A stretch of 40,648 bases of DNA from a virus. Shown in pieces: positions 1 through 9,000 of this stretch (position 1 is the first letter of the stretch; each line of letters starts with the position of its first letter). The stretch lies in IMG/VR virus record IMGVR_UViG_3300045988_174062; one strand, written 5' to 3'. The translations under genes were made by a program, and so were the position numbers. Below the pieces are notes generated by a model, which was given only the letters and a program-made list of their open reading frames with translations, had not been told where the DNA came from and did not search any database.

Positions 1-119
1 CCTCCTTAAAATTTGAATATAAAAAAATCACTCTAAAAAATAAAAAGAGTGATTAAAATAATTTCATTTGTTTTATAGCATTAGTTTTATCTATCTTTTT
101 TAATAAGTCACTATGGTCA
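1..119. repeat. Terminal direct repeat, copy A (identical to 40530-40648)
   Basis: Read directly: cctccttaaaatttgaatat...aataagtcactatggtca occurs at both window ends. This implies a circular or terminally redundant genome with a unit of about 40,529 bp. Confidence 0.95.
19..54 (-). terminator. Rho-independent terminator (minus strand); second copy at 40548-40583
   Basis: Stem aatcactct (26-34) / agagtgatt (46-54). On the minus strand it is followed by a T-run (the plus-strand A-run at 20-27). It overlaps the stop of ORF 53..202. Confidence 0.5.
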
Positions 120-202
120 ACATTCATCATTTCAGCTACTTCTCTACTATCTACAGTTAATACATCTATATTTTCATTTTGTATTTGCTCTAAATTATTC
201 AT
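53..202 (-). CDS. Small 49-aa protein with a Rha-type N-terminal motif (possibly a truncated regulator)
   Basis: My own translation, not in the track: MNNLEQIQNENIDVLTVDSREVAEMMNVDHSDLLKKIDKTNAIKQMKLF. GGAG lies upstream of the ATG at 202. The SREVAEMMNVDHSDLLKKI pattern resembles the start of phage Rha regulatory proteins. Confidence 0.3.
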   Translation of the reverse strand: MNNLEQIQNENIDVLTVDSREVAEMMNVDHSDLLKKIDKTNAIKQMKLF

Positions 203-279
203 ATATTTATCTCCAATCTTTTTATAATTTTGTACTAAAAAAGCTGTATTAATTTATTTTTAATACAGCTCTTTCATAA

Positions 280-3200
280 TTATATTTTTACTAAATTTTC
301 AAGTTTTGAGATTCTTTCTTCTAATATTTTTATTTGATTATCTCTAATATTAATTTCAGTTTTTAAAGCACCAACTATTACACTTATATAACTACCTACA
401 CTATATGAATACTCGCCTTTTTTACCTATGATTAACTTACTTCCAACTTTTGTACATACTATATCGTCTGCTATAAATCCAAATTCTTTATGCTTTTGAT
501 CAATATAATTATATTTAGCTAGATGTAAATCATTTTTAATAAATTCGTGCATATCTAAAAGAGTTATATCTTCATTTAACTTTGATATTCCAATATTTGA
601 ATTTACATACTCTATATTATCTTTATATGATCTATCAGAAGTATTTAAAGAATTTACTGAGTATACAGTTCTGTATCTATGAGTAGATTGTCCTAAATCT
701 AAACCATTATTATAACTAGGATACATTTTACCCGTTATAACTGTTGGATATATCTTTAATTCGCTTCCTAAGTATTCCATCAAAATTGGTTTACCACCAT
801 TTGTAGAGTAAAATTTATTACATTGGAATTCAGATGCACCTATTGCATTTGCACCTATTATATTGTTACCATTCATAGCTAAATATCCAGTTAGATTTAA
901 ATTGGTATACAAATATGCCCCTTTTGTAATTCCTGCACTTGATTTATCTACAAAATTTATATTAAATACACTTGTTAATCCTGCTCCAGCTATATTTTCT
1001 GTATCATTTACCCATGAAGGAGCATATGCAATTTGGAACATATCACAGTTTCCATTTGCTAAAAATCCAAAACTAGAATATGAGTTACTTGTAGGCAAAA
1101 TAGGCTGCATAGAACCTAAAAATTTTCCATTATTTGAATTATAACCATAAAGACCACCATTTTTAAGAGAAGATAGTTTTTGATTATTTTTAATAAAATG
1201 AAATCCATACTTATCCAGTTTTGTAGATGACGTATTTACTAATATATGACCATTATTAATTTGCTCTGTAATAGTGTTTGTTATGGCAGTTACTGTTATT
1301 TTTTGCTCTGCAGTATTCATTCTAGTTTGTAAATTAGTTACATTTCCATTTATAGTAGCTGTTGTATTCTCTACATTAGATACTCTACTTGTTATACTAG
1401 ATAAGTTAGTTTCTATAGACGAAACTTTATTATTTGTAGTAGTTATTTGAGTAGTATGAGTATCTATTTGATTTTGTAAATCATCAGATGATATTGACCA
1501 ATCACTAACTTTGTTACCTCTTTCTATTTGAGCCTTTTTAAAAGATATTTTTCCATTTCTAAATAAACTTAATCTTATTCCAAATGAAGTAGTATTTACA
1601 TTCGTGATTGTGTAAGTATATACAAATCTAACCCACTCATTATTTACAAGTGTTGGTTTATTAGAATTGTTATTAATTACAGATACATCCACATACTCAA
1701 TTCTTGCTTTTTTAGCATCATAGCCTTCAACTATAAAAGGTACTTTAACATCCCAATTATTAACACTCTCGACTTTAATGTATACTGATACTGTAAAAGT
1801 ATCACCTTTTTTACAAGGTATATATGAAGAAAATAATCCTTTTATAGTATTACGAGTTAAGCCACTAGCACTATGTGTTGCTATTTTATAACCACCTTCT
1901 TGTGTTATAGTAAATCCGCCTTGATTAAGCCAACCCTTCACTCTTGAATTGTCTATAGTAAAATCTTTAGTACCTAATATAAGATTTGAACTACCTATTT
2001 CAAGATTGTCTATTTTTGAATTGGCATCATTTGCTTTGTTCATAGCATTTGTAGCATTACTATTAGCTGTATTAGCTGTTGTCTTAGCAGTGTTCGCAGT
2101 TCCTTCCACTGCATTAACTTTAGAAGTTAAAGTAGTTGTTGTAGATTCAGTTGAACTAACTCTAGCTGTTATACTAGATAAATCTCTTTCTACTGTATTA
2201 ACTCTAGTTTCAACACCTTTTATTTTCCCTGTTGCTTCATTAATTTGTGTTGTATGGCTACCCAACGTACTATTTATACTATTTACCGTTTGTACAGTGC
2301 GGTTATAATCATCTTTAAGTAATATAGTTTGACCATCTTTTACTATTTGAGTATTGTTAATAGCAGTACTTATTTGACCTTGCATAATGCCTATAGTAGT
2401 AGAATGCGATTCTGTTAATGCTTTAGTTGTATCAACCTGAGTTTTAATGCTATTAAATGCAATATCTAAAGTTTGATTCTGATTATTAAGCATTATCTTA
2501 GTAGACTTAATAGTATTAGTGTTAGTATCTTTATTAAACCCTGTAACAAAAGAACTATAATTAATTTGTTTTTCTCCTACTGAATCACTCGCTATCATAT
2601 CACTAACAATTAAATCATTAGCTATAGCTCCTTTTTTAATTCCTGTATGATCTATTAATACTCCTACGCCTGTTTCATCGAATAAAGAAAAAGTAAAATT
2701 ATTATTTTTATCTCTTCCTATTTGAACTCTTACTTTATTATTCTTATCCTTGAACTGTTGAGTTGCTCCTACAATTTCTATTCCACCATCATCTGACTTG
2801 ATTCTAAATTTATTAGTTGATATATCTCCAGCATTAACTTTAGATACATCTAAATTCTCTATCATTGCATTTTTAATAAATCCATTTTCAACTGTTACAG
2901 AAGCACTTGTTAAGTGTAAAGAGTGAATATTTTCAGATGTCAAATTCCCATTTACAAGTATTTGTATCTTAGCAACTTCTGCCTCTACTGTTCCTATAGT
3001 TGCAAAAACTGCTTCTAATTGAACTATACTAGCCTTCTTTGCTTCTAAATTATTTATTTGTGCTGTATGAGTTACTGTAATCTTATCTATTGTAGCTACA
3101 TTTGCTTTTAATGTACCAAACTCCCCTTCTATAGCATTTAATTTACCAGTAATAGTAACATTAGCTGCTTCTAAGTTATTTACTTTTATACTTATTGCTT

Positions 3201-4305
3201 CTAAATTAACTATTTTAGCTACTTCTACATCCAAGTTAGTAATATTCTCGGCTGGTAAATTTTCTACTTTTGAACCATCTATAGTTCCATTATCACTAGT
3301 GATTGCATCTATCGTATTGTTCTTAGCTTCATTTTCTTTTTGTAATTCTTCAAAAGTTAATGTAGTGTTTCCTAACTCACAACTATTTTGCGAAGGATCA
3401 TCAGGATACTGAATATACTTAACTATTCTTTGTTTATCTCTAAATTTTTCTTGTTTAGATAAAAGAGTTATAGTATCACCTAAAAAGAAGTCTAAAAAAT
3501 TATATTCTTCACTTTGCTTAGCTAAATCCGATATACTTGCTTGATAGGTCCTTTTAGGCTTTGATAATTCATCTAATTTAACCTCGGCATCTTCCTTAAG
3601 ACTATTTACATCTGTATATCTATTATCTTCCCAAATAAGTTCTAAAACTTTGTTTGAGTACTGGAAGTTTTCAATATACTCTTTGCCATTATTTATACTT
3701 GCTATGGTAAGTCCATCTTTCCCTTTAGGATATAATCTAGTTGCATAATCATATGTATCAGAAGGTATGCTAAAAGATTTTAGGTTTAATTCATCACTAA
3801 AATAAACTCCTCTATCTTCTCCAAACTGTTCATATACATATATAATTTTATTTATTGCATCATACCTAATATCGACTCTAAATACTTTTCTAACTTCTCT
3901 TAGTACTTCTAAAGCATTTGTATTAGTAAGTCTTACTGTTCTTCTTTTAGTTATATTATTATCTGCTAATATCCAACCTGTTCCAGCTATAGCTAATCTT
4001 ATAGTGTCATTTACATTATTATTACTTGTATCAAAACTAGCTATAGCTTTTCCAACTAAAGCCTCAACATTTATATTACAACTAAATCTTTTAAAATTAT
4101 CACTAGGATCTATTGCTTTAATAACATACTCATTATCTTTAGTTCTTATATATCCTTCTTCTTCAAGTAAGTTTATTTTTTCATCAGAAATAGAAAGAGA
4201 GAACTCAAGTAAGTCCTCTCCACTAAGTACATATTCTATTTTTAAATCTTTAGTATCTGTAAGAGTATCTATTGCAACATGCTCTTTGTTATATAATTTC
4301 AACAT
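280..4305 (-). CDS. Tail-associated lysin-position protein / tail fibre (Tal-like N-terminus, coiled-coil shaft, CBM-like insert, C-terminal S74-type intramolecular chaperone)
   Basis: 1341 aa. The N-terminus (MLKLYNKEHVAIDTL...NEYVIKAI) is typical of the siphovirus minor structural protein / Tal N-terminal region. Long T/S/N-rich heptad segments are present. A beta-rich insert (NLILGTKDFTIDNS...FKKAQIERGNKVSDWS) is flanked by two similar coiled-coil segments. The C-terminus (NTSDRSYKDNIEY...IKILEERISKLENL) resembles the autoproteolytic chaperone domain of tail fibres. Confidence 0.85.
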   Translation of the reverse strand: MLKLYNKEHVAIDTLTDTKDLKIEYVLSGEDLLEFSLSISDEKINLLEEEGYIRTKDNEYVIKAIDPSDNFKRFSCNINVEALVGKAIASFDTSNNNVNDTIRLAIAGTGWILADNNITKRRTVRLTNTNALEVLREVRKVFRVDIRYDAINKIIYVYEQFGEDRGVYFSDELNLKSFSIPSDTYDYATRLYPKGKDGLTIASINNGKEYIENFQYSNKVLELIWEDNRYTDVNSLKEDAEVKLDELSKPKRTYQASISDLAKQSEEYNFLDFFLGDTITLLSKQEKFRDKQRIVKYIQYPDDPSQNSCELGNTTLTFEELQKENEAKNNTIDAITSDNGTIDGSKVENLPAENITNLDVEVAKIVNLEAISIKVNNLEAANVTITGKLNAIEGEFGTLKANVATIDKITVTHTAQINNLEAKKASIVQLEAVFATIGTVEAEVAKIQILVNGNLTSENIHSLHLTSASVTVENGFIKNAMIENLDVSKVNAGDISTNKFRIKSDDGGIEIVGATQQFKDKNNKVRVQIGRDKNNNFTFSLFDETGVGVLIDHTGIKKGAIANDLIVSDMIASDSVGEKQINYSSFVTGFNKDTNTNTIKSTKIMLNNQNQTLDIAFNSIKTQVDTTKALTESHSTTIGIMQGQISTAINNTQIVKDGQTILLKDDYNRTVQTVNSINSTLGSHTTQINEATGKIKGVETRVNTVERDLSSITARVSSTESTTTTLTSKVNAVEGTANTAKTTANTANSNATNAMNKANDANSKIDNLEIGSSNLILGTKDFTIDNSRVKGWLNQGGFTITQEGGYKIATHSASGLTRNTIKGLFSSYIPCKKGDTFTVSVYIKVESVNNWDVKVPFIVEGYDAKKARIEYVDVSVINNNSNKPTLVNNEWVRFVYTYTITNVNTTSFGIRLSLFRNGKISFKKAQIERGNKVSDWSISSDDLQNQIDTHTTQITTTNNKVSSIETNLSSITSRVSNVENTTATINGNVTNLQTRMNTAEQKITVTAITNTITEQINNGHILVNTSSTKLDKYGFHFIKNNQKLSSLKNGGLYGYNSNNGKFLGSMQPILPTSNSYSSFGFLANGNCDMFQIAYAPSWVNDTENIAGAGLTSVFNINFVDKSSAGITKGAYLYTNLNLTGYLAMNGNNIIGANAIGASEFQCNKFYSTNGGKPILMEYLGSELKIYPTVITGKMYPSYNNGLDLGQSTHRYRTVYSVNSLNTSDRSYKDNIEYVNSNIGISKLNEDITLLDMHEFIKNDLHLAKYNYIDQKHKEFGFIADDIVCTKVGSKLIIGKKGEYSYSVGSYISVIVGALKTEINIRDNQIKILEERISKLENLVKI

Positions 4306-4323
4306 GCTCTTACTCCTTTTTCA

Positions 4324-4707
4324 TTATTCTTCTATCATATAGTCTATTAGCATAAGTTCTGCAGGAGTTATATTACAGTTACTATTAAATAAATCATCTT
4401 TACTAAACTTATGTATATTTATATCAATTTCTATGTCTAATAACTCATTCATATCTTTATTCCAAGCTTCTAAGTTTCCATCAGCTATTTTAAATTGATT
4501 GTTTTCATCAATTAAATTACCTTCTTCATCTTTTAGACAATATTTATCTATTAATTTTTGTCTTTCTTTATTATATATTTCTAATTCTTTTTCTATCTTA
4601 GAGATATTCTTTGCTATAGCATAAGAAACTTTGATAGGTAATTGCTTATGTGTTAAATTCCCTAATAAATTTGCATCATTTACTATTTTTCTATTTGTTA
4701 ATTTCAT
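4324..4707 (-). CDS. Hypothetical tail-module protein
   Basis: 127-aa ORF, tightly packed (3-nt gap) with the upstream ORF. No motif recognised. Confidence 0.55.
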   Translation of the reverse strand: MKLTNRKIVNDANLLGNLTHKQLPIKVSYAIAKNISKIEKELEIYNKERQKLIDKYCLKDEEGNLIDENNQFKIADGNLEAWNKDMNELLDIEIDINIHKFSKDDLFNSNCNITPAELMLIDYMIEE

Positions 4708-4709
4708 AA

Positions 4710-4994
4710 TTATTTACCATCCTTTTTTATTGATTTTGTTGTTAATTTACCATCTAAGATGACTGATATTTCACTATTTATTGAATCCTCAACCTTATAT
4801 ACTTCATCTTCAAACTTTGCAAAATCAGCTCTAATTGATGCTTTATTTGCATTGTATAAGTCTTGATTAGCTATACTTTTGTTTATATTTGCACTTTGAC
4901 CATCTGTGCTTATGCTCGCACTCATATATGCTACTACTTGTCCATTAATTTCGCTTGTTCCATTTAAATTTATAGTTGTATTTATCTTTAACAT
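4710..4994 (-). CDS. Hypothetical tail-module protein
   Basis: 94-aa ORF in the operon between Dit and Tal. No motif recognised. Confidence 0.55.
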   Translation of the reverse strand: MLKINTTINLNGTSEINGQVVAYMSASISTDGQSANINKSIANQDLYNANKASIRADFAKFEDEVYKVEDSINSEISVILDGKLTTKSIKKDGK

Positions 4995-5020
4995 AGTTAT
5001 TATCCTTTCAAATTTAAGTA

Positions 5021-5050
5021 TAAAAAAAGACCCTAACCTTAGGATCTTCT
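5021..5050 (-). terminator. Rho-independent terminator after the 98-aa ORF
   Basis: Minus-strand RNA gauccu-aagguu-aggguc followed by U7 (the plus-strand run aaaaaaa at 5021-5027). Confidence 0.55.
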
Positions 5051-5056
5051 AATTAT

Positions 5057-5353
5057 TTATTTAATTTTTATGGAATGAATATTATTCATATGTTCTACAA
5101 GTTCATCAAAATCATTTATATTATCTATGATTTTAACAGTTTCTTCTGGAGCGTTTGTATACTCTTTGAATATTTCAATTGAACCATTGTTATTTAGGAT
5201 ATCTCTACATCTATTTACAATATACTGCAGTTCATCTAAATAGTGTTTTTTTTCCTGTATATCTCCCTTAGATGCCATTACATAGAAATCTCCAAATCTA
5301 GTACTATTTATTTTTCCAGTATTTTTAAAACATTCATTAGTATCTAAATACAT
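5057..5353 (-). CDS. Hypothetical protein; moron-like insert with its own promoter-like box and terminator
   Basis: 98-aa ORF with a GGGAGG RBS. A TGTATAAT extended -10 lies on the minus strand at 5390-5383 and a terminator at 5021-5050. Confidence 0.55.
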   Translation of the reverse strand: MYLDTNECFKNTGKINSTRFGDFYVMASKGDIQEKKHYLDELQYIVNRCRDILNNNGSIEIFKEYTNAPEETVKIIDNINDFDELVEHMNNIHSIKIK

Positions 5354-5397
5354 ATTTAACCTCCCTTCTATTTATTAAATTAATTATACAATATTTG

Positions 5398-6072
5398 CTA
5401 CCATCTTTCATTGTATTTAACAGTTACATTTACATCTTCTCTATTTACTTTAATTGTATTAGATCCTGGTCTTAATATAGGAAATTCCCATATATCAACA
5501 TCTTCTATTTTTGATTTACCTCCTGCTAATACTTTACCAGAGCCAATAGATATCGTTTCATTACCTTTTATATTATTTACAGTAATATCTGTATCGTTTA
5601 TAGAAATAACTGCTTCTGTTACATTTGTATTAGCTAATATTTCTAAATTAGCATAACAAGGTTTAGGACTATTTATAGTAATTGTTTTACTTGTATTTAT
5701 AGTTATACTTTTTTCTGATTCATACATATTAAATAAATCAAAAGTTAAGTTTAATTTACACGAGTTATTAGTTAATACAGTAGGTTCGGATGTAGTTTTT
5801 ATATTTATTTCATAATAAAAACTACCTATATTAACTATAGAGTATTTTATTTCTTCTATAAATCTACTAATATTCTTCTGTATATTTTCTTTACTCCCAT
5901 AAAAAATAAATATAGTTTCTACTGTTCTTAATTCTTCAACATTCATCCCTTTAAAAGGATTTATATTATTGCATGTATATACTATAGAATTATTTTTATA
6001 TGTAGAAGAATTTGGTGTGAATTTTATACATCTGCATTTAAATATATCTATATTTTTATTGTTTACTAACAT
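5398..6072 (-). CDS. Distal tail protein (Dit) candidate
   Basis: 224 aa, immediately downstream of the tape measure gene (4-nt gap). This is the canonical Dit position and size. Confidence 0.55.
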   Translation of the reverse strand: MLVNNKNIDIFKCRCIKFTPNSSTYKNNSIVYTCNNINPFKGMNVEELRTVETIFIFYGSKENIQKNISRFIEEIKYSIVNIGSFYYEINIKTTSEPTVLTNNSCKLNLTFDLFNMYESEKSITINTSKTITINSPKPCYANLEILANTNVTEAVISINDTDITVNNIKGNETISIGSGKVLAGGKSKIEDVDIWEFPILRPGSNTIKVNREDVNVTVKYNERW

Positions 6073-6076
6073 TTAA

Positions 6077-9000
6077 TTACATCCTTTTTCTAACATTTCT
6101 AGCCATTTTTTTGCTAACATAATCCACTATTTTTTCTCCTTCAAGATTTACCTGAATTATAATATCCTCATTATTAAGATTATTATTTTTCATTAGTGAG
6201 ATAAGTTGATTTAATAATTCATTTGTTTTAGAAATATTATCTTTATTTGAATCATTATGTTTAGCTTTAGTTATAGATACTCTCTCAGAATAACTTGAAT
6301 TATAATATCTACTTGATATAGCAAAATCACTAATATCTGGTGTTCTTAATTGGTATGTTGGCTCTAAGCTAGCTATTGTAGGTATATCATTATTAGTAGG
6401 AATACTTCTAACTTTAGACTGTGCAGAAATACTTTTATTAACTGTTGTCTTAGTAACAGTTCCTGTAATCGGTTTAGAGTAAGCTTTTCTAACTCTATTC
6501 CAATCTGAAATTGCTGCATCAGCCATTTTACGAGTACTAGTCGTAACTCCTTTATACATTTCTGATGCACTCTGACGTACTTTTAAAGACATTGCACTAG
6601 CACTATCTCTTACCCCATTATGCATATGACTTGCATCTTGTCTAGATTCATTTGCCATTTTATGCGTAGATGTATTAACGCCCTTCATCATATCTGTTGA
6701 GCTTTGTTTTGCTTTTTGCTCCATTTTATAGAATGAAGTACTTACACCTTTGTACATTGTTGTTGCATTTTGTTGCATAGCATTGTTAGCTGAACCCATA
6801 TCTGTATTAGTAGTATTTTTTATAGCATTTAAAGATTTAGATACATCTTTAGCCCCTTTATCTAAATTAGTATTAAGAGCATTAGTACCATCTTTAGTAT
6901 GAATGTCCATACTTTGTTCAATTTGTTTAGAATCAGCTTCAACATTATTGCTTAACTCATCTATACTAGTAGAACCATTTGTATTAGCTTGTTCAAAATA
7001 AGCCGACATTTGAGCTTCCATTTCTGCAACAAATTGAGGACTTGTTTGAGATAATTCTTGAAGTCTGCCTTTTATATGACCTTCCATATCTCCTATAGCA
7101 TCTTTTCCTGTTAATGCTATTCCTCCGAATAATGTCTCCCAATGACCACCCATTGATGCTAATTGAGCTATAGTTTCGTCACTCATATTATTTACAGAAC
7201 TTACTACATTTTCAACTGTAGCATCCATACCAAATTGAGATATAGTAGTTAAGTTATCAAACATATTTTGAGCAGATTGTTTTACTCTTTCAGATCCATC
7301 CATTACATTTTTATCTATTAGATTCATTGCATCTGAAATGTCTTGACTTATTTTATCTGATGTAAACTCTCCACTTTTGGCCATACTTTCAAGATTAGCA
7401 GTAAATTTATTATGAGCATCTTCTTTACTCATATTTTCATATATACCTTCAAATAATACCGCCATAGTGTCTGAAGTGCCTCGAAGGATAGTTAATGTAT
7501 CTGCATCTAAACCTTGCATTCTAGTTACAAATGTATCTGCCATTTCGCTAGCATTATCAGCTGTAAGTTTTGGTAATTCTTTTAATGCTACATCAAATGT
7601 ACCCGTTAAATTGTTTAATTCAATTTCTGTCATTTCTCGCATTAATGCAATCCCATTTGAACTTTCATAGTTGATGTTAGACATTGCTATTGCCGTATTA
7701 TTTTCTACTTTTGCCCAGCCTTCTGCCCAAATATCATCAATAGATTTAAAGTCACCTTTTAAAATTGCTAATATAGTTTTCCCTAGTGTAGATAGTAAAA
7801 TACCTATATTACCAACAGATAATTGTACAGTACCAGTCATATGCTCACAAATTTGTCCGATAACCTTCCCAAATGTTCCCCATTTTTCTTGTAAGTCAGA
7901 TAATTTATTTTCATTATCACCTAACTTAGCCATAAGAGCCACTAACATTCCAATTAAAGCAACAAAACCTGCTGGTCCAGAAACTAATCCAATTGCATTT
8001 TTTAATAATCCAAACATTTTTATATTCCCGGAACCAGCTGTCTTTAAGGCTCCAAATAAGTTTACTGCATTCCCACCTACAATTAAAATTTGTCCTAGTA
8101 CGGCAAGTAAAGGACCAGTAGCAGCGGCCACTCCAGCTATGGTTACTATATTTTTTTGCGCTTCTTCATCTAAATTACTAAACCAGTTTGCAGTTTCTGT
8201 TATCCATCCTACTATTTTTTCTAAAGTAGGCTCAAGAGCTTTAAATGCTTCAATTAATGCTCCCTCTATAGCAGATTTCATATTATCTATTTTACCGCCA
8301 AGGTTATCTTTCATAATAGTTGCCATTTCTTCTAAAGCACCGTTACTATTAATTAATTGACTATGTAACTCGTCGTATTCATTTGATACACCAGACAGAA
8401 GTTTCATTAATGTATCAAACTGCGTTTTGCCACCAACCATTGCAGCATATTGCTGCTTCTGTTGTTCAGTTAAATTAGAAGTTCCATCAGCCGTTACACC
8501 TAATTTTTTAGCCATTTCTTTTAATACTTCAACCATATTTCTTTGTTTTCCAGTTGAGTCGTATAAAGAAATACCCATTGCCTCAAGTGCTGTTCCTGCT
8601 TGACCAGTTTCTGTAATTAAATTTGAAAATACAGATATAAGAGCATTTCCAGCTTCTGAACCTTTAGTGCCTCTATTTGCAAGTATCCCTAATAAAGCAC
8701 CTGATTCTTCTAAAGGAATATTTAATGAACTAAACATTCCACCTGCAATTGTATAAGCTTCAAGCATTTGTTCCATAGATGTATTTGATTTTCTTTGAGC
8801 TTGTGCGACTATGTCTAAATAAGTAGCAAAGTCTTCTGATGCAATCGAAGCACTACTCATACTATCAGTTACTAAATCAGAACATCTTGCTAAATCCATT
8901 CCACCTGCTTCTGCAGCTCTAAGAACGGGTTCTATTCTTTCAATTTGTGTTTCTACATCCCAACTAGCTAATGCAAGATATGTCAATCCATCTGCTGCTT

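Noticed and set aside
863-4342. Plus-strand ORFs 863..1144, 1949..2308 and 4004..4342 inside the tail fibre gene
   Set aside because: They are shadow ORFs on the antisense strand of the 1341-aa fibre gene. Their hydrophobic, low-complexity translations and missing ribosome-binding sites argue against them.
5411-5656. Plus-strand ORF inside the Dit gene. Similar cases: 10602..10790, 17558..17794, 17909..18157, 20462..20647, 21915..22253, 22642..23019, 23571..23879, 24463..24687, 24669..24869 and 38880..39101
   Set aside because: All are antisense shadows of well-supported minus-strand genes. 23571..23879 and 24669..24869 merely reflect the duplicated CxxC-gene repeat read on the wrong strand.
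7671-8360. 229-aa plus-strand ORF, with neighbours 7467..7670 and 6373..6570, inside the tape measure gene
   Set aside because: These ORFs are antisense to, or out of frame with, a 1375-aa gene that has a clear tape-measure identity. Their composition is low-complexity (Pro/Ser/Ile/Phe), typical of the reverse frame of AT-rich coding DNA. No RBS is present.
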